From Novosphingobium sp. (GTDB lineage Bacteria > Pseudomonadota > Alphaproteobacteria > Sphingomonadales > Sphingomonadaceae): a DNA stretch of 64,000 nt. The stretch is taken from assembly GCA_046290865.1 (NCBI GenBank), contig JBKBUD010000003.1, positions 8,600 to 72,599 on the forward strand, in the 5' to 3' direction. The notes beneath the pieces are model-generated. The model did no database searches. It was not told the DNA's origin and saw nothing but the letters and a program-made list of their open reading frames with translations. Each line of letters begins with the position of its first letter. The stretch's first letter is position 1. A program made the translations under genes and the position numbers. Below, piece after piece: positions 32,701 to 38,700 of the stretch.

Positions 32701-35700
32701 CCGGCACTGCCACGCTTGGCAGCATCAATGCCTCGACCGGAACTGTCGCGATCACGGCGGGAACCCTCTCGTTCGACAACATCCAGTCGCTGACGACAAC
32801 AAGCCTCACAGCTGGCTCGGTCACCGGCAACACGGTCGGTGCAGGAACGGTGCTGACAGTTCGGTCGGCAGGTTCGGTAAATCTCGCAGACGTCACCGCC
32901 GGATCGGTCGATCTCGCCGTGGGCGACCTGCAGATCGGCAGCCTCCTCACCACGAACCTCGCCGCTTTGCGCGCGGACACGATGGCAAACATCGGCACGG
33001 CCAATGTCGGCAGCCTCGATTACCGCGCTGCCTCAGCAAGCTTCGGGACGATCGACACCACTGGGGCTGCGTCGATCATCGGCGGCACCGTTTCGGGCAA
33101 TGCCCTCAACGCTGGCACGCTGCTGTCGATAACGGCAACAGACCTGAATGCGCTGACGCTCGCCGCCAACGGCAACGTCACGCTTGCCGTTACCAACACG
33201 GCAACCCTTGGCACCGTAACTTCGAGCGGCGGTTCGGTCGCGATCGATCCGGCGACATTGACCTTCGATGCTGTCACCGCCTCCGGTGACATTGCGCTGA
33301 GCGGCGGGACGATTACGGGCGGCACCCTTGATGCCGGCGCAAGCATTGGCCTCACGGCGACCGGCGCTCTGACTCTGACCTCGGCAAAGTCGGGGACCAC
33401 ACTGTCGCTCACTGCCGACAGCCTACGGGCAGGTGGTCTTGATGCAGGCAGCGACCTCAATCTTGCGACAACTGCGGACATCACTCTGTCCGACATCGCC
33501 AATGCAGGCGGGGCGGTCCGGGCTACCTTCTCGACATTCGAGTTCGTGGGTCTCAACGCGGGTGGCCTGCTCGATCTTGCCGGGACCGATCTGGTTGGAA
33601 CCAACCTTGGCGGGCCGAGCATCTCGGCAGGCGGGGACGCCAGCATCGCCCTGACTGGCCGCTACGCGGTGACCGGGCTGACCGTGGACGGAAACCTCCT
33701 GTTCGGTGCCCAGACCGCAAGCGGCGCGGCCATCGACGTGATCGGCAATGCCGACCTCAATGTCGCAGGTCTGACCTCGGTTTCCACGTACTTTGCGGGT
33801 GGCACCCTGTCGCTGACCGCTGGCGAGCTTTCGGCACTGGCGCTCAGCGGCGGTAACGTCGATGCGCGCATTGCCGGGGCGGCGACGCTGGATAGCGGCG
33901 ATGCGGGGGCAAACTTCGCCCTCTCGGCAGCTTCGCTCAACGCCGGCACGTTCCGTACAGGTGGCGATCTTTCGCTTTCCACCACCGGCTCGCTGACCAT
34001 TTCGGGAGATGTCAACGCGGCAGGCAACCTTGCGATTGTCGCTGGCGATCTCGATGCCTTCTCGCTCGCCGCTGATGGGGGCATCGACCTGAATGTCAGC
34101 AACAATGCAAATGTCGATTTTGCCGTAGCCGGACAACTTCTGCACGTCGTTGCGGGAGGTCTGTCGCTGCAAAGCCTGTCGGCTGCCGACATCGCGATCG
34201 ATGCGGGTTCGGTGAGCGGCGACGGGGTGAGCGCAGCAAACTCGCTGAGCATCATCTCCACCGGGTTGGTCGATCTCGGCGCTGCCCTTGCCGGCGGCGC
34301 GCTCTCCATCGCCTCGCGCAACCTGACCGCCTCGATCGTGCAATCGCGCGGCGGAAACGTGAGTCTTTCGGTCGGCGCTTTGGCAAATCTGGGCGACGTC
34401 TCCGCTCTGGCTGGAGACATCTCCGCCACGGCGGGCCGCCTGAACTTCGTCTCTGCAAGCGCCAGTGGACAGGTCCAACTCGGCGGTGTCGTGATCGGCG
34501 GGGGCGTCGTGAACGCCGGAACGTCCGCGCTTGTAAGCGCGACGAATTCCATGGTTCTCGATACGATCACCGCAGGAGCAGGCGTCGATCTGAATGGCGG
34601 CGACATCGACATCAACGCGGTGAATGCCGGCACCTTTGCCGACTATGCTGGCCGCGATGTGCGGGTCGGGACAACGAAGGCCGGTACCTTCGCGACAGTC
34701 GCTACCCGCAACTTCGCGTTCGACGCGCTGAGCGCCACCGACAACGTCGGCATACGCACAACACGCGACATTGTCGGCGGCACGATCGATGCCGGGACCA
34801 CTCTCGACATCGACGCAACCGGCGTCGTGTCTCTCGATGTCGCCAGGAGCGGCGATGCCCTGCGTGCCCGGTTCTCCACGCTCGGCTTCAACCTGCTCGA
34901 CGCAGGCGGACGACTTGATCTGGCTGGCACCGATCTCACCGGCACGAACATCGTCGCTGGCGGCAATGCCCTCATCGCACTGACCGGCAGCTATGCGGTC
35001 GGCTCGATCACGGGCGTTGGCCAACTCGATCTCACCGCGAAAAGCGCCAGAAGCAACACGATCGCCATTGATGGCAATGTTTCGCTGACAGTTGCCGACA
35101 CGGCGGCCTTGGGCACGATCACCTCGAACACCGGCTCGGTCACGATCGATCCTGCACTGCTCACCTTCGATGCCATCACCGCGGCGGGCGACATCGCGTT
35201 GAGCGGGGGCACGATCACTGGTGGAACGCTCGAGGCAGGCGCTGCAATCGGGGTGACTGCAAGCGGTGCGCTTACCTTGGCCTCTGCCAAGGCCGGCACC
35301 AACCTTGCGCTCGGCGCGGACACTCTTCAGTCCGGTGCGCTCGACGCAAGTGGCAACATCGCGTTGACTGTTGCGAAGACTGCCGCGCTGACCGGTGTTG
35401 CCAACGCTGGCGCCGATTTCTCGAGCACGGCCGGTTCCCTCGACTTCACCACGATCAATGCCGGCGCGGCTGCCATCTTCGGCGGCGGCTCGATCAATGG
35501 GACACTGGTGGATGCCAAGGGAGCGGTCTCGGCATCGCTCTCGGCCGGCGCGACGCTGGACAGCGTCAACAGCGGTACAACTCTTGCCATCGGTGCGGAC
35601 TCGATCTCGGCAACGACCCTCACCGCAGGAACGGGCCTGTCGCTGTTTGCCAACAAGACGATGGCTATCGGCACAGCGACGGCAGGCGGCGACGCCTCGC

Positions 35701-38700
35701 TCAACGCGGCTTCGATCCAGTTCGACAGCGTTTCCAGCACCGGCCTTGCCGCGATCGCTGGCGGTACTGTCGCTGGTGGCATTCTGGCCGGAACCGGCGG
35801 GATCGACATTGCGGTTACGGGCCCTGTCACGCTGACCAGTGCGACGTCCGGCGCAGGCCTCACCATCGATGCCGCCAGTCTTGTCACGACTTCGCTCACG
35901 GCAGCAGGCGATGCCCGCCTGACTGCGACAGGCAATCTCGATCTTGGCACGACGCAGGCTGGTGGCAGCCTCTATGCCCAAGGTCTCGACCTGTCGTTCC
36001 TGTCGCTCACAGGGCAGACCGTGGAGCTTGCCGGACGAACGATAACCGGCGGCACCATCGACGCTCGCTCGACCCTGCTGGTCCAGGCAGACGGCCTGGC
36101 AAGGCTCGACCGCGCGCAGGCAGGAAGTACCGCGGAATTCTATGTCGGCAGCCTCGAATTGCCGGAAATCTTCGCGGGCGATGTGGCGGTCGGCGCGCGC
36201 GGCCCAGCGAAGCTCGGCAGGATCGACGCAGCAGGAATCGTCAGCATCGCGGCCAATTCGCTCGAGTTTTCGGCAATCAACGCTGCCGGGCCGGCAAGCA
36301 TTTCTGCGGGAAGCATCACCGGTGGCACGATTTCCGGCCGGTTCGGCGTCTCATTGAACTCGGACGGGGCAATCGCGATAAGTTCAGCGCGCGCATCGAG
36401 GTCGTTGACCGTAAGCGGCGCAAGCGTGACTGCCGACAGCCTTTCTAGCGAAGACAGCCTGATTGTTCACGCTACGGGCAATGTTTCGGTCGGGGCGCTA
36501 TATGGTGCATTGGCCGCAGCAATCGACGGGAACGAGATTACTTTCGACATAGCGAGCAGTGACGCAGTTGTCGGCATAACCGGGACTTCGGTCAAAGGCG
36601 GTCGCATCGATACACCCGGCTCGGTTTTCGTCTCCGCAACCGGGAATGTCGCGCTCACCGCAGTCGATGCGGGCTTTGGCGTTCAGATAGCAGCAAATAC
36701 GCTCGATCTGCCATCGTTGCAGGCTGGACGGGACGTGCGGCTAACGATCACCAATACTGCCACGCTTGGCACGGTGACTTCGACCGGCGGTTCCGTCACG
36801 ATCGACCCGACCCTCCTGACGTTCAGCAGCATAACCTCGGCCAATGCCATCAGCCTGTCGGGCGGCACCATCACTGGCGGGACGCTGGATGCGGGCACCA
36901 GCATCGATGTCAACGCGACTGGCAACCTTGTCCTCGACCTGGCCGATGCCGGAACCACGCTCTCGCTGGTCGGCGCAAATGTAGAGGTAGGCTCACTGCT
37001 TTCCGGGGGGAGCAGTTCCGTCTCCGCTCAGGACCTTGTCAGGATCACTAGTGCGATCAATTCGGGTGGCGACATATCGGTCACCGCCGCCCGGTTCACG
37101 ACACCGCTGCTGCAGTCGAACAGCGGAAACGTCTCCCTCACGATCAGTGGTCGGGCGGACCTGACAAACATCATCGCCTTTGGCGGCGATCTCACCATCA
37201 ACGCTGGAACCTTGCGTTTCACTTCTGCGGGCGCACTTGGCGCGGTCAGGCTGGGTGGCGCAGACCTTGCCGGTACGACGGTCACTTCCGGGACCTCCAC
37301 AAACATTGCCGCTGGCACCGTTGCGAACATCGGAACGGTGACCGCAGGATCAAGCGTCACGCTTGGCGGACCCAATGTCACGGTGACCAAGGTTACCGCT
37401 GGCACCTTCGCCGATTTCGACGGCCGGGCGATAAACGTTGCCGAGACGACGGCGGGAACCACCGCTTTCATCGATGCGCGCGACTTCACCTTCAGCAAGC
37501 TCACAGCTGGTGAAAGCGTCGAGATCCTCAGCTCGGGCAATACCACCGGCGGCACGATCGACGCGGGAACGACGCTGAAGATCTCTGCACGCGGTGATGT
37601 AAATCTCGATGATGCCAAGGCAGGCGGTGCGATCACGATCGGCGCGGCGAACATAAATGCGCTGACGATCACCGGCGATGCAGGTCTCTCGCTTACTGCC
37701 ACCAACGCGATCGATCTAGGCACCGTCAAGGTTCTGGGCGCGTTTGACCTCTCCGGTGCGTCGCTCGTCCTGAGCTCCAGCAGTTCGGGCCTCGACAGCA
37801 CTTTCTCGCTCACCGGCAATGCCACGATCGGCACCGTCGCGGCGGGTCTCGCCAGCACCGGTCAGAACCTCGTCCAGGTCGTGGTGCAGGCTCTCGGCAA
37901 CTCCTTCACCGGTGGCACGCTGGTGCCGGTATTCGATGTGGTGCAGGGACAGACGATCACGGTCTCGTCTTCCACCAACGACCTGTGGAGTGCCGGTTTC
38001 CTGCCACGCTTCTCGGACGGCGATGGCCTCATCGCCTTCCGCCTCGCCACGGCGCAGGACGATTCCGGCGTGCAGCCCGGTACCCAGATCGGTGCAGCCT
38101 TCGGAAACCTGACCATCGGCAACTTCAGCGCACCGTTCGGAGCGCTTGTCGGGCAGATCGGCAACCAGAACGTGCTGATCGGCGCCAATGGCACGGTCAC
38201 AGCGCCGGCAACCGGCACCCTCTCGGTCGGCTACTGGGATTCCAACGCGGGTGACAACACCGGCTCCATCGCCTTCACCTTTGGCAATGGCACGGGCGGC
38301 GGCGGCGCCTCGAACCCCGCAAATGTCAGCATCTCGACCGGCGGCAACCTGACGGTCAGCTCGGCCAATGCCAGCAGCGCGATAACGCTCGACGCGGCCG
38401 GCGCGCTCAAGCTCGACAGTGCCGACGCCGGGACCGCCCTGTCCCTGACAGGCAACACGATCGACGCAGGAACACTCAAGGCCGGGACCGACATCACGCT
38501 TGCCAGCACCGGAGCGAGCGTGATCGGCTCGGCAACAGCAGGTGGTCGTTTCTCGGCGGACATCGGCGCGCTCGATTTCACGCTGATCGATGCAGTGGGC
38601 GCGGTCGACATCGCCTCGCTTGCCGGTGTCGGTGGCGGTGACATCCGTTCGGGCGCCAGCATCGTGGTCGATGCTTCTGGTAGTATCACGATCCGGGATG

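Noticed and set aside
30480-36965. CRISPR array or mobile-element repeats
   Set aside because: The repeats are in-frame, degenerate and 1.3-1.9 kb apart within one ORF, so they are protein repeats.
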